Of a stretch of 32,000 nucleotides of DNA, positions 1 to 9,943 are shown one piece after another (position 1 is the first letter of the stretch; the number at the start of each line of letters is the position of its first letter). The notes under the pieces are model-generated. The model was not told the DNA's origin and did no database searches. It saw nothing but the letters and a program-made list of their open reading frames with translations. The position numbers and the translations under genes were made by a program. The DNA is from Candidatus Methanoperedens sp. (GTDB taxonomy: Archaea > Halobacteriota > Methanosarcinia > Methanosarcinales > Methanoperedenaceae): contig JAPZAR010000030.1 of the NCBI GenBank assembly GCA_027460535.1, positions 60,001-92,000 on the forward strand, read 5' to 3'.

Positions 1-1
1 G

Positions 2-373
2 TTCATACTCTTTACAGCAGGAGCCGCCCTTGCCTATTTTATTGTTATACCACTCATGTTTAAATATACGATACTTTATTCAATTGATGTGGCGGCCCCT
101 CAGATATCTGTGATAAAAACAATTGACGCCATAACAACGCTGGCCCTGAGTTTCGGCCTCATTTTCCAGTTCCCTCTGCTTCTGATATACTCCATAAAAA
201 TGAGACTTTTGAAACTTGAGTCGCTCAGAGGAAAGAGAAAGATAATATATGGTGCACTTATTGCGTTTGCTTTATTCGTGTCACCTGACCCTTCCGCCCT
301 TTCCGAATTGATCGTGGCTGCTGTGCTTGTCCTATTATTTGAATTCAGCCTTCTTGTGGCCAGGTTTTTTTAA
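2..373 (+). CDS. tatC: Twin-arginine translocase subunit TatC, C-terminal part (5' end lies outside the window)
   Basis: The reading frame is open from the window edge (FILFTAGAALAYFIVIPLMFK...). It is helix-rich and shows the TatC C-terminal pattern FGLIFQFPLLL ... FVSPDPSALSEL ... LLFEFSL. Confidence 0.8.
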   Translation, partial: FILFTAGAALAYFIVIPLMFKYTILYSIDVAAPQISVIKTIDAITTLALSFGLIFQFPLLLIYSIKMRLLKLESLRGKRKIIYGALIAFALFVSPDPSALSELIVAAVLVLLFEFSLLVARFF

Positions 374-817
374 AACGACAAACTATTTATACTATGTTCG
401 CATATATACGAACTAATAGTGGGCAAGACTAACTTTTTTACACCACCATAATCCCCACTCGCCCACTATCCTCCTATTATTTTTTGAATAATAAGTTCAC
501 ATATTGGATTCAGATTTTAAGAGTGTTCCAGAGGAAATGGAGGTTGCAGGTTTTAGTCATAAATGTAACGCATAGAAAAAGGGATTTATTTTGATTCCAG
601 ATGAGCTCGAAAATTTTTAAAACCGAATGGTAACGAATGATTTTTTATAGAAAATTTTCCATCATTATCATAAGTAGGATGATTTTTATTTTCCAACCGA
701 AATAAAGGGGTTGGCAAAAGCATAGTAACAGCGTGAACCGATATTATTCATCGATCGGTTTCATGCATCCTGCCGCAACTCTGTAAAATTATCCGCGCAT
801 CAGTTGAAATCGAAAGT

Positions 818-2479
818 TTATTTGAAAATCGCACCATTATCAGACGAACTCACCTGTTTCCGGTACCTTGCGAGATACCCTTTAATTTCGGGCAAAGGGG
901 CCTTCCACCTTCTCATTCGTTCATCCATTTCTTCCCGGCTGAGCCTCAGGTTCAATATCCGGTTTGGAATATCGATATCGATGATATCTCCTTCCCTTAC
1001 AATGGATATAGGTCCTCCATCAGCCGCTTCAGGCGATACATGGCCTATGCAGGGGCCCCTTGTTCCTCCCGAGAAGCGACCGTCTGTGATGAGAGCCACG
1101 GAATCTATCATACCCATCCCCGCGATGGCGGCGGTCGGGGAAAGCATTTCACGCATACCCGGTCCGCCTTTTGGCCCTTCATATCTGACAACCACGCAAT
1201 CACCAGGTTTGATCTTGTTGCCCATGATAGCCTTCATGGCAAGTTCCTCACTGTCAAAAACCCTGGCTGGTCCTGAATGCTTTAACATTTTCTGGCTTAC
1301 AGCGGTCTGTTTGACAACGGCGCCCCGTGGGGCGAGGCTTCCGCTGAGAACAGCTATTCCTCCTTCGGGGTGCACAGGGGAATCAAGAGTAGCAATGATC
1401 TCTTTATTGGCGCGCGGATTTATTATCACAACCTTACCAAGGTTTTCTCTCAGGGTTTTTCCCGTAACGGTCAATGTATCCAGGTTTAATTTCTCCTGCA
1501 GCCTCTGCTGTATGGCCGGGACGCCCCCGGCACGTTCGAAATCGATAAGATAGCGATTCCCTCCAGGCCTCAAATTGATGAGATGCGGCGTCTCCCTGCT
1601 CAATTCATCAAACCTTGATAGAGGCAGGTTAAGTCCGAATTCCGAAGCTATGGCCGGCAGGTGAAGTGTTGTATTTGTGCTTCCACCGATAGCCATATCG
1701 ACCCGTATAGCATTATCAAGCGATTCCTCTGTAAGTATCTGGCGGGCATTTATTCCATTCCTGACAAGTTCGAGAATTTTCATACCGGATTGCTTGGCTA
1801 TCCTTATCTTCTTGGCATCTACAGCATGGGCGGTCCCGCATCCTGGCAGGCTTAATCCAAGCGCTTCTGTCACGCATGCCATGGTGTTGGCTGTGAATAG
1901 TCCGGCGCATGAGCCAGCGCCGCAGCACGCACAGTCTTCAAGATTTTTCAGCTCCTGCTCGGTTATTGCATTTTTCCGCCGCTGTCCAACAGCCTCGAAG
2001 AGCGAAATTACATCCCTTGGCTCATCTCCAACGATTCCCGGCAGCATCGGTCCACCCGTGACCACAATCGTAGGGATGTCAAGTCTCCCTGCTGCCATCA
2101 GGTGCCCCGGTACGATCTTATCGCATGTTGGTATCATGACCATGCCGTCAAACTGGTGCGCTTCAACCATGAGCTCTATGCTGTCAGCTATTACTTCGCG
2201 GCTTGGAAGTGAGTATTTCATTCCCGTGTGCCCCATTGCGATGCCGTCGCATATTCCTATTGTATTAAATTCAAAAGGAACGCCCCCTGCCATGCGTATA
2301 CCTGCCTTTACGGCTTCTGCAAGTTTATCAAGGTGAATATGACCCGGGATCAGCTCGTTCCATGAATTCACAACCCCGATGAAGGGAAGGATCATTTCTT
2401 CATCGGTCAACCCGACTGCCTTTAATAAAGACCTGTGCGGGGCCCGCTCAAGTCCTGATTTTATATTATCGCTTCTCAT
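818..2479 (-). CDS. ilvD: Dihydroxy-acid dehydratase
   Basis: 553-aa ORF starting [21 protein letters not shown]. It carries IlvD/Edd family motifs [28 protein letters not shown] and [12 protein letters not shown]. Confidence 0.95.
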   Translation of the reverse strand: MRSDNIKSGLERAPHRSLLKAVGLTDEEMILPFIGVVNSWNELIPGHIHLDKLAEAVKAGIRMAGGVPFEFNTIGICDGIAMGHTGMKYSLPSREVIADSIELMVEAHQFDGMVMIPTCDKIVPGHLMAAGRLDIPTIVVTGGPMLPGIVGDEPRDVISLFEAVGQRRKNAITEQELKNLEDCACCGAGSCAGLFTANTMACVTEALGLSLPGCGTAHAVDAKKIRIAKQSGMKILELVRNGINARQILTEESLDNAIRVDMAIGGSTNTTLHLPAIASEFGLNLPLSRFDELSRETPHLINLRPGGNRYLIDFERAGGVPAIQQRLQEKLNLDTLTVTGKTLRENLGKVVIINPRANKEIIATLDSPVHPEGGIAVLSGSLAPRGAVVKQTAVSQKMLKHSGPARVFDSEELAMKAIMGNKIKPGDCVVVRYEGPKGGPGMREMLSPTAAIAGMGMIDSVALITDGRFSGGTRGPCIGHVSPEAADGGPISIVREGDIIDIDIPNRILNLRLSREEMDERMRRWKAPLPEIKGYLARYRKQVSSSDNGAIFK

Positions 2480-2946
2480 GGTATTCCTGTGTAGGTTACT
2501 TCAACATTGAATATTCGCAATCGCATAGGTTAGCTATGTTATTAAACCCATTGGATAAGCCGGAAGCCCGATAAAGGCCATATGATAAGCCATTAAACAA
2601 GCCTATAAAAGCAGTTAATGGGGCATCCAATAGCTTTCCGGGTATAATATCGCAAATGATTGGCAAGATGTATTTTGAAATCCATATTTTAGCCCATGAT
2701 AACCCAGGCCAATAAAAACCTTACGAATATCGCCGATTATTTAATTAGTCCTTTTCTTGGACCCTGATTTTGAAAAACGGAGGCATCGACGGAGATGCTT
2801 CTCTATATCGAAAAAATCGATTAAGGGGATAGGGATCTAATAATTTTTATTAATCCGTTAGTAATCTATAAATAAACCATTGCTTATAATTGAAATTAGA
2901 GCATACCCCTGGAAATGGTATTTTCTGAAAAACGGATTTCATACCG

Positions 2947-3180
2947 ATGAATATTAAAATAGATGACGATATTATAAAAAAGACTACTAAATGTGGAAAA
3001 AAGTTTTCCTGTTTATGTGGTGAAATAACACAGGTCTGTAAAGTTGAAGAATGCATGGGGGAAATAATTTTCATCAAGCACAAAGAGGAAAATCTTTGTA
3101 AATATCGAACCTATTTTGGTTATTCTCAGGTTTGTACCTGCCCGGTGAGAAAAGAATTGTACTATCGTTATAAAATCTGA
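2947..3180 (+). CDS. Small Cys-rich hypothetical protein (77 aa, 8 Cys)
   Basis: ATG-initiated ORF in an otherwise AT-rich spacer. Cysteines are patterned as KCGKKFSCLCG...CKVEEC...C...CTCP. No family assignment is possible by eye. Confidence 0.35.
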   Translation: MNIKIDDDIIKKTTKCGKKFSCLCGEITQVCKVEECMGEIIFIKHKEENLCKYRTYFGYSQVCTCPVRKELYYRYKI

Positions 3181-3989
3181 ATGCCCAATAATCCTATGCT
3201 GTTAAATCCATGCTTCAGGCATCAGTCATATTATTCTATTTGTTATTATATGTCGGGAATTTAGACACGCCTCTCCTGATTGAGGTTCATTCATGATTTT
3301 TCCATTACCTACATAGTGTATGCCGGATAAGCAACTCTTTAAATTCCGTCTCTTAACCCACCACTCCCAATTCGTTGTGTATTTCCGCGGGAATATTTTC
3401 TTAGATAAATATCGTTTTCTCTCCATGGTGTTTTCCAGTTTACTCATCACGGCAAAATTAGTCATCAAGGACAAAAATCTATGAAACCCTCGTATTAATA
3501 AATCTTTTTCCGGTGGAAATCTATTCAGCTTGGTTATGAGAAAAGATTATCATGAATATTTTTTTTAGATAAAATATTATGGTATCACTTTTATTATTTT
3601 TATAATGTCTGACTAAGATATGCTGTATACTACCAATCAAATTAAAATCTCTACAGGAAACACTGGGGTATTACTACTGTAGTAGTACCTAAATAACACC
3701 CATCTATTTATCGATACTACTACACAAGTTAAATGGTAGGATAGATAGGAACTCGATAATCAAATGTTTGTACTCTGATAGACTGATGATTGGAAAGTGT
3801 CAGCAGGTTGGGGTGGAAATGGGCAGGTTTGGGAGTGGGGATATCATGATCAAAAGAGTTCATCTGCCGCATTATGCAGTATCTCAACTACATTAAATAT
3901 TTTCCAAGGAATATATCCCCATTACTTCATCCTTCCAATCAGGGAGCTTTTGATCAAATGGTTTTACCTATCATCTGCAAGGTTCGCAT

Positions 3990-5213
3990 TTACCATATTT
4001 TCCTGAAATAATAATACATCACTCCTGCTGCACAGGCAATGAGCCCTATTATCCAGGCATCCCTTGCAAGGAAAAATAAAAGCATCACGCTGGTTATCAA
4101 TCCAAGTATCGGTATGATACGAGGATATACAGGTTTTTTTAATCTAAGCGCTGAGATGTTGGCAATAGCATAATACAAAAGTGAGGCGAAATTGGATATC
4201 GCGGCTGCCCGCATCAGATCAGTGAATGCCGCAAAGATCGTCATTATCAGGCCGAAAACCAGAATGGCGTTGGAAGGCATCGCATTCCTTGGATTTAGCT
4301 TTGCAAACAGAGCAGGAAAATCCTTATTCCTTGCCATAGCAAAGGAAATGCGGGATAATCCAAGAAGCGTGGTGAGAAGGACGCTCAGGGTAGCAACGAG
4401 CGCGCCCATGGAAATAAGGAAAGCCGCGTTCTTGCTTTCAGACATTGCGGCATCGGCAAGTGGAGAACCGGTGGATGCGAGTTCCCGGTATCCTACAAGA
4501 CCCACAGCGACGAAACTCACAAGCACATAGATCAGGGTGGATATTCCAAGGGCAAGTATTATAGCAAGCGGAATATTTTTTCTGGGGTTTTTCACTTCCT
4601 CTCCGATGATGGTGATCCTCGCAAACCCGGAATAGGCAAAAAATATTATCGCAGCGCCCTGCATTACCCCGCTTTCTCCATTGGGCATGAAAGGTGAAAA
4701 ATTTCCAGACTTCATGGCACCTATGCCAATAACCACAAAAAAGGCCAGGATCAGGAGTTTAATCACCACCAATATGTCATTTACAAGCCCGGATTCCTTT
4801 GTTCCAAGATAATTGATCAGGGTAATAACAAGGCAGGCACCAGCAGCCATCATATTCACAGGAAGAGGGATGAATATCGCAAGATAGCTTGCAAAACCCA
4901 GGCTTACCACGGCGCCCACAACGATATTGGCGAGAAGCCAGAGCCACCCCGAAATAAAACCGGCAAAAGGTGAGATGAGTTCATGGGCGAACTCATAAAC
5001 TCCCCCCTCTTTCGGGATGAAGGCAGCCAGTTCTGCAAAACTCAGGGCCGTGAAAGCGGAAATAATAGCACCGATAAGCAAGGATATGATGAGCGCGGGA
5101 CCGGCGAGACCCGCAGCTATACCTGTCACAACAAAAATGCCGGCACCTATTATGGCCCCTATTCCGATAGCCATCGCATCGAATAGGCCAAGCGTTTTTT
5201 TCAATTCCGTCAA
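3990..5213 (-). CDS. APC-superfamily amino acid/polyamine permease
   Basis: 407-aa polytopic membrane ORF. The N-terminus LKKTLGLFDAMAIGIGAIIGAGIFVVTG and FAELAAFIPKEGGVYEF are typical of the APC family signature region. Confidence 0.9.
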   Translation of the reverse strand: MTELKKTLGLFDAMAIGIGAIIGAGIFVVTGIAAGLAGPALIISLLIGAIISAFTALSFAELAAFIPKEGGVYEFAHELISPFAGFISGWLWLLANIVVGAVVSLGFASYLAIFIPLPVNMMAAGACLVITLINYLGTKESGLVNDILVVIKLLILAFFVVIGIGAMKSGNFSPFMPNGESGVMQGAAIIFFAYSGFARITIIGEEVKNPRKNIPLAIILALGISTLIYVLVSFVAVGLVGYRELASTGSPLADAAMSESKNAAFLISMGALVATLSVLLTTLLGLSRISFAMARNKDFPALFAKLNPRNAMPSNAILVFGLIMTIFAAFTDLMRAAAISNFASLLYYAIANISALRLKKPVYPRIIPILGLITSVMLLFFLARDAWIIGLIACAAGVMYYYFRKIW

Positions 5214-5302
5214 TATTTATCCCCCCAGCTTTCAATTGATCGTTCAATGAATATTAGGATTTTCCATTAATATATGTATCTGGAGATGCATTAAGGATTC
5301 AA

Positions 5303-6043
5303 ATGTCTCAGGATAACTCCCGGATCGAACATTATTGGGATCTTATTCAATTCGGCCTGGTACGTATTCTCATCGCCATGGGAATTGGCTTTATCATTGC
5401 TGCGTTGTTAAATCCCGAGGGCACCAGCCGACTGATCGGGACAATTTTGTACAATCCTAATGCTCTATCCGATGAATTCAAACTTGATGAGACCTGGATA
5501 CTGTTGGGTTTAGGAACAGGGTTAGTTATATTTGGTATTTTATTGTACACTTTTATGTATCTGACAGAATATCGCTTCAAACTTTTTCTCCAAAAACTGA
5601 AAAGAAGCCAGGCCGTTTACCTGGAAAAAAAGGTGCACAGCCAGCTTCTTGAGCTCCAATTCCTCATTACACTTTCATTTTTGATAACATTTACAGCATC
5701 AAGAGCGCTCGTGGTATTTTCTGGCGAATCACAGCCCTCTCTTGAACTGTGGATAGGAAATTATCATATACACCATTTTTTCTTTGGTATTCTTACTTTA
5801 TCAATAAGTGGCTGGATAAGTCTAATAGGAAACAGGAGAAAATATAAAATGGCAGCAGCCATTCTTTATGGAGGCGGGTTGGGTCTGCTTATAGATGAGA
5901 TGGGTCTTTTGCTGACCTGGGGGAATTACTGGGCCAAACAATCATATGTCTTTGGCGTTATTGTGATAGTTATTTTCCTGAGCATTATTCTATATGAGTA
6001 TACAAGAGAGAGAAAGAGAGATTCAGACTGGACGATAAAATGA
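5303..6043 (+). CDS. Polytopic membrane protein, function unknown
   Basis: 246-aa ORF with at least 6 hydrophobic helices and conserved-looking NYHIHHFFFG and GLGLLIDEMG patches. Its stop overlaps the next start (ATGA at 6040). Confidence 0.6.
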   Translation: MSQDNSRIEHYWDLIQFGLVRILIAMGIGFIIAALLNPEGTSRLIGTILYNPNALSDEFKLDETWILLGLGTGLVIFGILLYTFMYLTEYRFKLFLQKLKRSQAVYLEKKVHSQLLELQFLITLSFLITFTASRALVVFSGESQPSLELWIGNYHIHHFFFGILTLSISGWISLIGNRRKYKMAAAILYGGGLGLLIDEMGLLLTWGNYWAKQSYVFGVIVIVIFLSIILYEYTRERKRDSDWTIK

Positions 6044-6549
6044 CCAGCAAAATAAATATTGAGAGACGCGGTATTTTGATATCTGCTATCGTATTAGTAA
6101 TTTCAGTTCTTTTACTGGTCGATAGATTGCTGGCGACAGGTCCCGTGCAGCTTATTATAGAAAATGGCAAGGCTGTCCCGGTAGAGGGAGTCTCATATTT
6201 TTCATTAAATGATGTGTTGTTTTTCATCATAACAGCATGGCTTGGCGGCATGTCTTTCCTTTACATTGTTCTGCTCTCAAAAGAAACGCCCGCAATACAA
6301 GAAGATATCAAAGCAACCCAGGAAAATAAAAACACATCGCTATTAGCAGCCAATCTGCTTGAAGGGGATGAGAAGATATTATTCAAAGAAATTCTGGATA
6401 ACGACGGGATATTGCAAAGAGATCTTATTCTAAAGACTGGTTTTTCTGAGCCGAAAGTGAGCAGGCTTCTTGACAGGATTGAGAGAAGAGGATTAGTAAT
6501 ACGCCGAAGGGATGGGATGGGGAACAGGATTTTGCTAAAAAAGGAATAA
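6040..6549 (+). CDS. Membrane-anchored winged-helix transcriptional regulator (COG2512-like)
   Basis: Two N-terminal TM helices are followed by a MarR-like wHTH (ILFKEILDNDGILQRDLILKTGFSEPKVSRLLDRIERRGLVIRRRDG). It is translationally coupled to the upstream gene. Confidence 0.7.
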   Translation: MTSKINIERRGILISAIVLVISVLLLVDRLLATGPVQLIIENGKAVPVEGVSYFSLNDVLFFIITAWLGGMSFLYIVLLSKETPAIQEDIKATQENKNTSLLAANLLEGDEKILFKEILDNDGILQRDLILKTGFSEPKVSRLLDRIERRGLVIRRRDGMGNRILLKKE

Positions 6550-6989
6550 TTCAGCTGATTTCAATTTTTTGAGGTTGATGCATTCCTGCAATTCCGGCAT
6601 TTTCGCAATTTGCTAATTCAGGTGAATTAGATAATGATGGGATTCATCAATTTCTCTTCCAATTCAATTTTTTTCATACGGGACTATAAAAAGCTGGATT
6701 GAGGGATAGCATGATAGGATGGTGGTGGTGGGGGTAGGAAAAAGAGGTGGTCATGCCATCGTTCCTCCCGGCTTTCGCTTTTCAAGATCTTTTTACTGTC
6801 GTCCTGGATTATAAAGGATGTAATCCATCCTCAAAAAATGAGAACAGCACATTTCTGAAAATTATACAGCAGCCAAAATTCTTTGAATCAATAAGAAATT
6901 GGCAAGTATTTGTGAATCCAACCAAAGAATCGTCAAGAATAGGATGGAAAGAGTCCACGTGCATGGAAGAGCTTAGCCTTCATCAGATG

Positions 6990-7187
6990 TCATCTCCGAA
7001 CCACTACTACGCGTGCCTGATATCCGAGACGCGATAAAAAGTACTCGTAATCTTCCCATGTCATTCCTAATGCTTTTACATCTGCCAGGCCAAGCCTGCT
7101 GACAACCTCGCGAAGGGCATTAAAATCATTGCTTTCGAAATCCGCTTCCATCATCATATTTTCTGACCATTCCACAAGCTCTGGCAA
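6990..7187 (-). CDS. Small acidic hypothetical protein, possibly a frameshifted longer gene
   Basis: 65-aa ORF from a TTG start. The same frame stays open upstream to 7247, and an ATG at 7249-7251 is out of frame by one base across a 5-nt homopolymer (see findings). Confidence 0.3.
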   Translation of the reverse strand: MPELVEWSENMMMEADFESNDFNALREVVSRLGLADVKALGMTWEDYEYFLSRLGYQARVVVVRR

Positions 7188-7305
7188 TGTGATGCGGTGA
7201 TGCAGGTAATCAGCTATTTTCAGGGCTACATCTGTAGGGGTGATTTTTCATAGCTTTTCCTTTATTACTTTTTTATGCCCCTTATCATCGGGATATTCAA
7301 GAGAA

Positions 7306-7638
7306 TCACTCTTCTTTCAAGATCGCCATGGTTTTCTCTTTGAGATCAGGAAGCTCGTTCACTATCACAGCCCAAACAACATCTACATCAATTCCAAAAT
7401 AATTATGGACCAATATATTCCTCATTCCAATGATCTTAGACCATGGGATATCAGGATATTTGTCTCTGAAATTATCAGGAAGAGCACGCGCCGCTTCCCC
7501 AATTATCTGAAGGTGATGAACAATCCACGTTTGAATCAGTTCATCGTGCTCAAAAGCATCGCGTCCACGATTTGCGTACTTTTCAATTCGCTCAATGGCT
7601 TCCAGAATATCCAGTAGCCTTTCACGCACCTCTCTCAT
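7306..7638 (-). CDS. hepT: HepT (DUF86/HEPN) toxin of a type VII toxin-antitoxin pair
   Basis: 110 aa. The Rx4HxY HEPN motif is present as [13 protein letters not shown]. It overlaps the upstream nucleotidyltransferase gene by 4 nt. Confidence 0.9.
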   Translation of the reverse strand: MREVRERLLDILEAIERIEKYANRGRDAFEHDELIQTWIVHHLQIIGEAARALPDNFRDKYPDIPWSKIIGMRNILVHNYFGIDVDVVWAVIVNELPDLKEKTMAILKEE

Positions 7639-7934
7639 AGAGGTTTAGCCTCTTTAAGTACTCGCTCACGAATACGTGGTCGTAATCCCCTTTCAGTCAC
7701 CACATCAACTTTACAGGCAAGTAAATCCTGAAGATCCATCAACAACCCACCGAGATCAAACAGGCTGCGTCCGGGCTCAAGGTCAACCAAAAGATCAATA
7801 TCGCTATCCTGCAAAGCTTCGCCGCGCGCGGCAGAGCCAAAAAGTCGGACATTCCGGGCGCCGTATTTTGCAGCAATGCGAAGGATTTCATTGCGCCTGA
7901 CTTTTAATAACTCTGCAATGTTCATCTTCTTCAT
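7635..7934 (-). CDS. mntA: MntA-type minimal nucleotidyltransferase antitoxin
   Basis: The GSx(n)DxD motif is present as [20 protein letters not shown] place the start at the ATG giving [10 protein letters not shown], because the track ORF start (7988) is upstream of the first Met of the conserved domain. Confidence 0.88.
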   Translation of the reverse strand: MKKMNIAELLKVRRNEILRIAAKYGARNVRLFGSAARGEALQDSDIDLLVDLEPGRSLFDLGGLLMDLQDLLACKVDVVTERGLRPRIRERVLKEAKPL

Positions 7935-8049
7935 TTTATATATGTATGTGCACATCAAATAAGAATTTTGCTGAGCCCTATATTCCATCCACTCCAGATC
8001 AAACAGTTACAGGAAAAAACAATGTGCAGCGTTTCTGTTGTCCGAATTG

Positions 8050-8212
8050 TTGATAAAAACCCTTGGTTGGCGCTGTCCTCCGCCGCGTTCGCCATCCGAA
8101 AGCAGCGCCGCGTATCCATCCGTCGGGGGCACCGGGGAACAGAATAACCTCTGGCAGCGCGGAATCAAGAATTCGTACCACAATCGTTATCCGATGCTAT
8201 CTTCGCAACTCA
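8050..8212 (+). repeat. Intergenic repeat element copy R1 (5'-truncated or diverged)
   Basis: Contains the conserved core ggcgctgtcctccgccgcgttcgccatccgaaagcagcgccgcgtatcc (8069-8117) and the downstream ggaacagaataacc / caagaattcgtacc block, both shared with R2. Confidence 0.8.
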
Positions 8213-8223
8213 GATAATTCAAT

Positions 8224-8613
8224 TTACCATTTTTCATATTTCAAGTCCTCAATTTCACCAAAATGACCATCACGAGTAACAAGTATAAGATCATTTTGCA
8301 TGGCAACGGCAGCTATCCAAATATCATTTTCAGGAATTGGTTTTCCTTTATCTATAAGTTTATTTTTCACCATTCCATACTGATATGCAGTATTCTTGTC
8401 ACATGTAAGAATGGTAATACTATCCGCAAAATCTGATATTCGCTTTAAATTGGTCTTAGAATGTTTCGACTTGAAAGCACCAAAAAATAACTCTCCAAGA
8501 ACAATGCTGGAAATAAATACTTCATCTGCTTTTAAAAGATGTTCTTTTATTGATGTTTCTCCACTGAAAATGGCAATTACAATATTTGTATCAAGAATAA
8601 ATCTACCACTCAT
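8224..8613 (-). CDS. vapC: PIN-domain ribonuclease toxin (VapC-like)
   Basis: MSGRFILDTNIVIA at the N-terminus (first acidic PIN residue), then NDIWIAAVA and ILVTRDGHF. The ATG at 8611-8613 overlaps the antitoxin stop. Confidence 0.85.
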   Translation of the reverse strand: MSGRFILDTNIVIAIFSGETSIKEHLLKADEVFISSIVLGELFFGAFKSKHSKTNLKRISDFADSITILTCDKNTAYQYGMVKNKLIDKGKPIPENDIWIAAVAMQNDLILVTRDGHFGEIEDLKYEKW

Positions 8614-8830
8614 TAATATCAACTTTTTCGCACCCTTTTTCGATTGCCTGGGTCATATCATTGACATCATCAGCATTTAATATACCTGCAAAACGAAGGA
8701 GTTTCTTGCCCGAAACACCTTTTTGCGGGGATGGAGCTGCTGCTTCGGCCAGATCAAGAATTTTTATTTGTATCTCGGTGGGTAAGCGATCAAGTCGTTT
8801 TATTATTTCTCGCCTTTTAAGTTTGGTCAT
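8603..8830 (-). CDS. VapB-type antitoxin (small, precedes and overlaps the PIN gene)
   Basis: About 75 aa from the ATG giving MTKLKRREII. The call rests on position and overlap with the PIN gene. The C-terminal ...AIEKGCEKVDINEW resembles antitoxins paired with PIN toxins. Confidence 0.6.
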   Translation of the reverse strand: MTKLKRREIIKRLDRLPTEIQIKILDLAEAAAPSPQKGVSGKKLLRFAGILNADDVNDMTQAIEKGCEKVDINEW

Positions 8831-8921
8831 AATGAGATAAATCACCAATGTATAAATTTACTTATTGCATTTTTTGAATATAGCCCTTTCTTAAGAAGAA
8901 AATTAAAAGAGTATTACCTAA

Positions 8922-9192
8922 TCTCTCGCGCCGACATGACCCTATACAACCTCAAGCGCATCGTGTAAACTGTATTTTATAGAACACTGAAAATAAAAAC
9001 CGCGGATGAACGCAGATGAACGCAGATTGGCTGCATGGTATCCTCCAGCTGGCGCTGTCCTCCGCCGCGTTCGCCATCCGAAAGTAGCGCCTCATATCCG
9101 CCGGGAGGAGGCAGGGGGAACAGAATAACCTCCGGCAGAGGACTATCAAGAATCCGTACCGCAAGCTATTCTCCGATGCGACATTTGCACCC
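8922..9192 (+). repeat. Intergenic repeat element copy R2
   Basis: Has the 5' block cgcgccgacatgaccctatacaacctcaagcgcatcgtg, the decamer tandem cgcggatgaa/cgcagatgaa/cgcagattgg, the core at 9051-9099, and a 3' block shared with R1. Confidence 0.85.
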
Positions 9193-9288
9193 ATAAAACC
9201 AGTAAATATGTACGGGATAACAGGATGAACTGGATTTATCATGTGCTCATCAATAAAGTTATTACCCATAAGTGGGATATATGGGATT

Positions 9289-9552
9289 ATGCCTATGACA
9301 AAGATGGATGAAAGAGGTAGGGTTCTACTTCCAAAAGAGATCAGAGAAGAAATGAATCTCAAACCCAGTGAAGAATTGCTTATAATAAATGCAGGGAAAG
9401 AAATGATCTTGCTTAAGAAGGTGAATGTCAAACAAATGCTGGGAGATATCATTGATAGAGTAAAGGGACTCGATCTTGAAAAACTCGAACGACAAATAGA
9501 AGATGAAGGAAATAAGATTACGAAGAAAAAGTATCCGAAGGTTTTTAGTTGA
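9289..9552 (+). CDS. AbrB/SpoVT-fold antitoxin
   Basis: MPMTKMDERGRVLLPKEIREEMNLKPSEELLI is a typical SpoVT/AbrB swapped-hairpin N-terminus. The start is ambiguous between 9289, 9295 and 9304. The track start at 9241 falls inside repeat-flanking sequence. Confidence 0.75.
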   Translation: MPMTKMDERGRVLLPKEIREEMNLKPSEELLIINAGKEMILLKKVNVKQMLGDIIDRVKGLDLEKLERQIEDEGNKITKKKYPKVFS

Positions 9553-9940
9553 TACTAATCTTTTCATATCAGCAATAAAAAAGTGGGCAAAGAGTACTGA
9601 TTTGCTCCTTTATTTGCTCACGAGCACTGAAATAGAATTGATCGTAAACGAGGTTTTAATCGGAGAATACCGCAAGTTCACGCTCAAACTTGGAGCGCCG
9701 GAATTCTTAGAACTGGTATCCAGTGTTGTTGTGGTATTAAATCCGTCAGAAGAATATGTAAAAGACTGTAAACAATACTTTCCTGAAAATAAAATGGCTG
9801 ATGTTGTTCATGCAGCTACATGTCTCCAATATGATGCAGTCTTAATCAGCAATGATAAGCATTTTGATAAGATAAAAAACATGAAACTAATTGAAGTCTG
9901 GAAAATTAATGAAGCGATAGAAGAATTTAACATATTATGA
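9503..9940 (+). CDS. PIN-domain toxin partnered with the AbrB-like antitoxin
   Basis: FLVDTNLFISA, DVVHAATCL and AVLISNDKHF are PIN acidic-residue contexts. It overlaps the antitoxin gene by 50 nt. Confidence 0.8.
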   Translation: MKEIRLRRKSIRRFLVDTNLFISAIKKWAKSTDLLLYLLTSTEIELIVNEVLIGEYRKFTLKLGAPEFLELVSSVVVVLNPSEEYVKDCKQYFPENKMADVVHAATCLQYDAVLISNDKHFDKIKNMKLIEVWKINEAIEEFNIL

Positions 9941-9943
9941 TGT

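Noticed and set aside
804-2336. Long plus-strand ORFs (804-1553, 249 aa; 1677-2336, 219 aa) and other small ORFs overlapping ilvD.
   Set aside because: They are antisense or alternate-frame shadows of a clearly identified, highly conserved ilvD gene. Their Ser/Pro/Arg-rich, low-complexity composition is typical of shadow ORFs.
3226-3474. 82-aa minus-strand ORF (…RYLSKKIFPRKYTTNWEWWVKRRNLKSCLSGIHYV…).
   Set aside because: It has a TTG start, no recognisable domain and no RBS, and it lies in AT-rich spacer. It could be a gene fragment, but I cannot support a call.
451-3842. A shared 10-mer atccccactc at 451-460 (plus) and 3833-3842 (minus) in C-rich contexts, which could look like inverted repeats flanking ilvD.
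   Set aside because: The similarity extends only about 20 nt with mismatches. Exact 10-mer coincidences are expected many times by chance in 32 kb on two strands, and there are no transposase or target duplications.
6747-7037. 96-aa plus-strand ORF between the wHTH gene and the TA cluster.
   Set aside because: It has a GTG start and no recognisable motifs. It overlaps the 3' end of the minus-strand small ORF, and its composition looks non-coding.
8952-9452. 166-aa minus-strand ORF spanning repeat R2 and the AbrB-like gene.
   Set aside because: It is antisense to a well-supported SpoVT/AbrB antitoxin gene and runs into repeat DNA. It is hydrophobic and low-complexity, which makes it a likely artefact.
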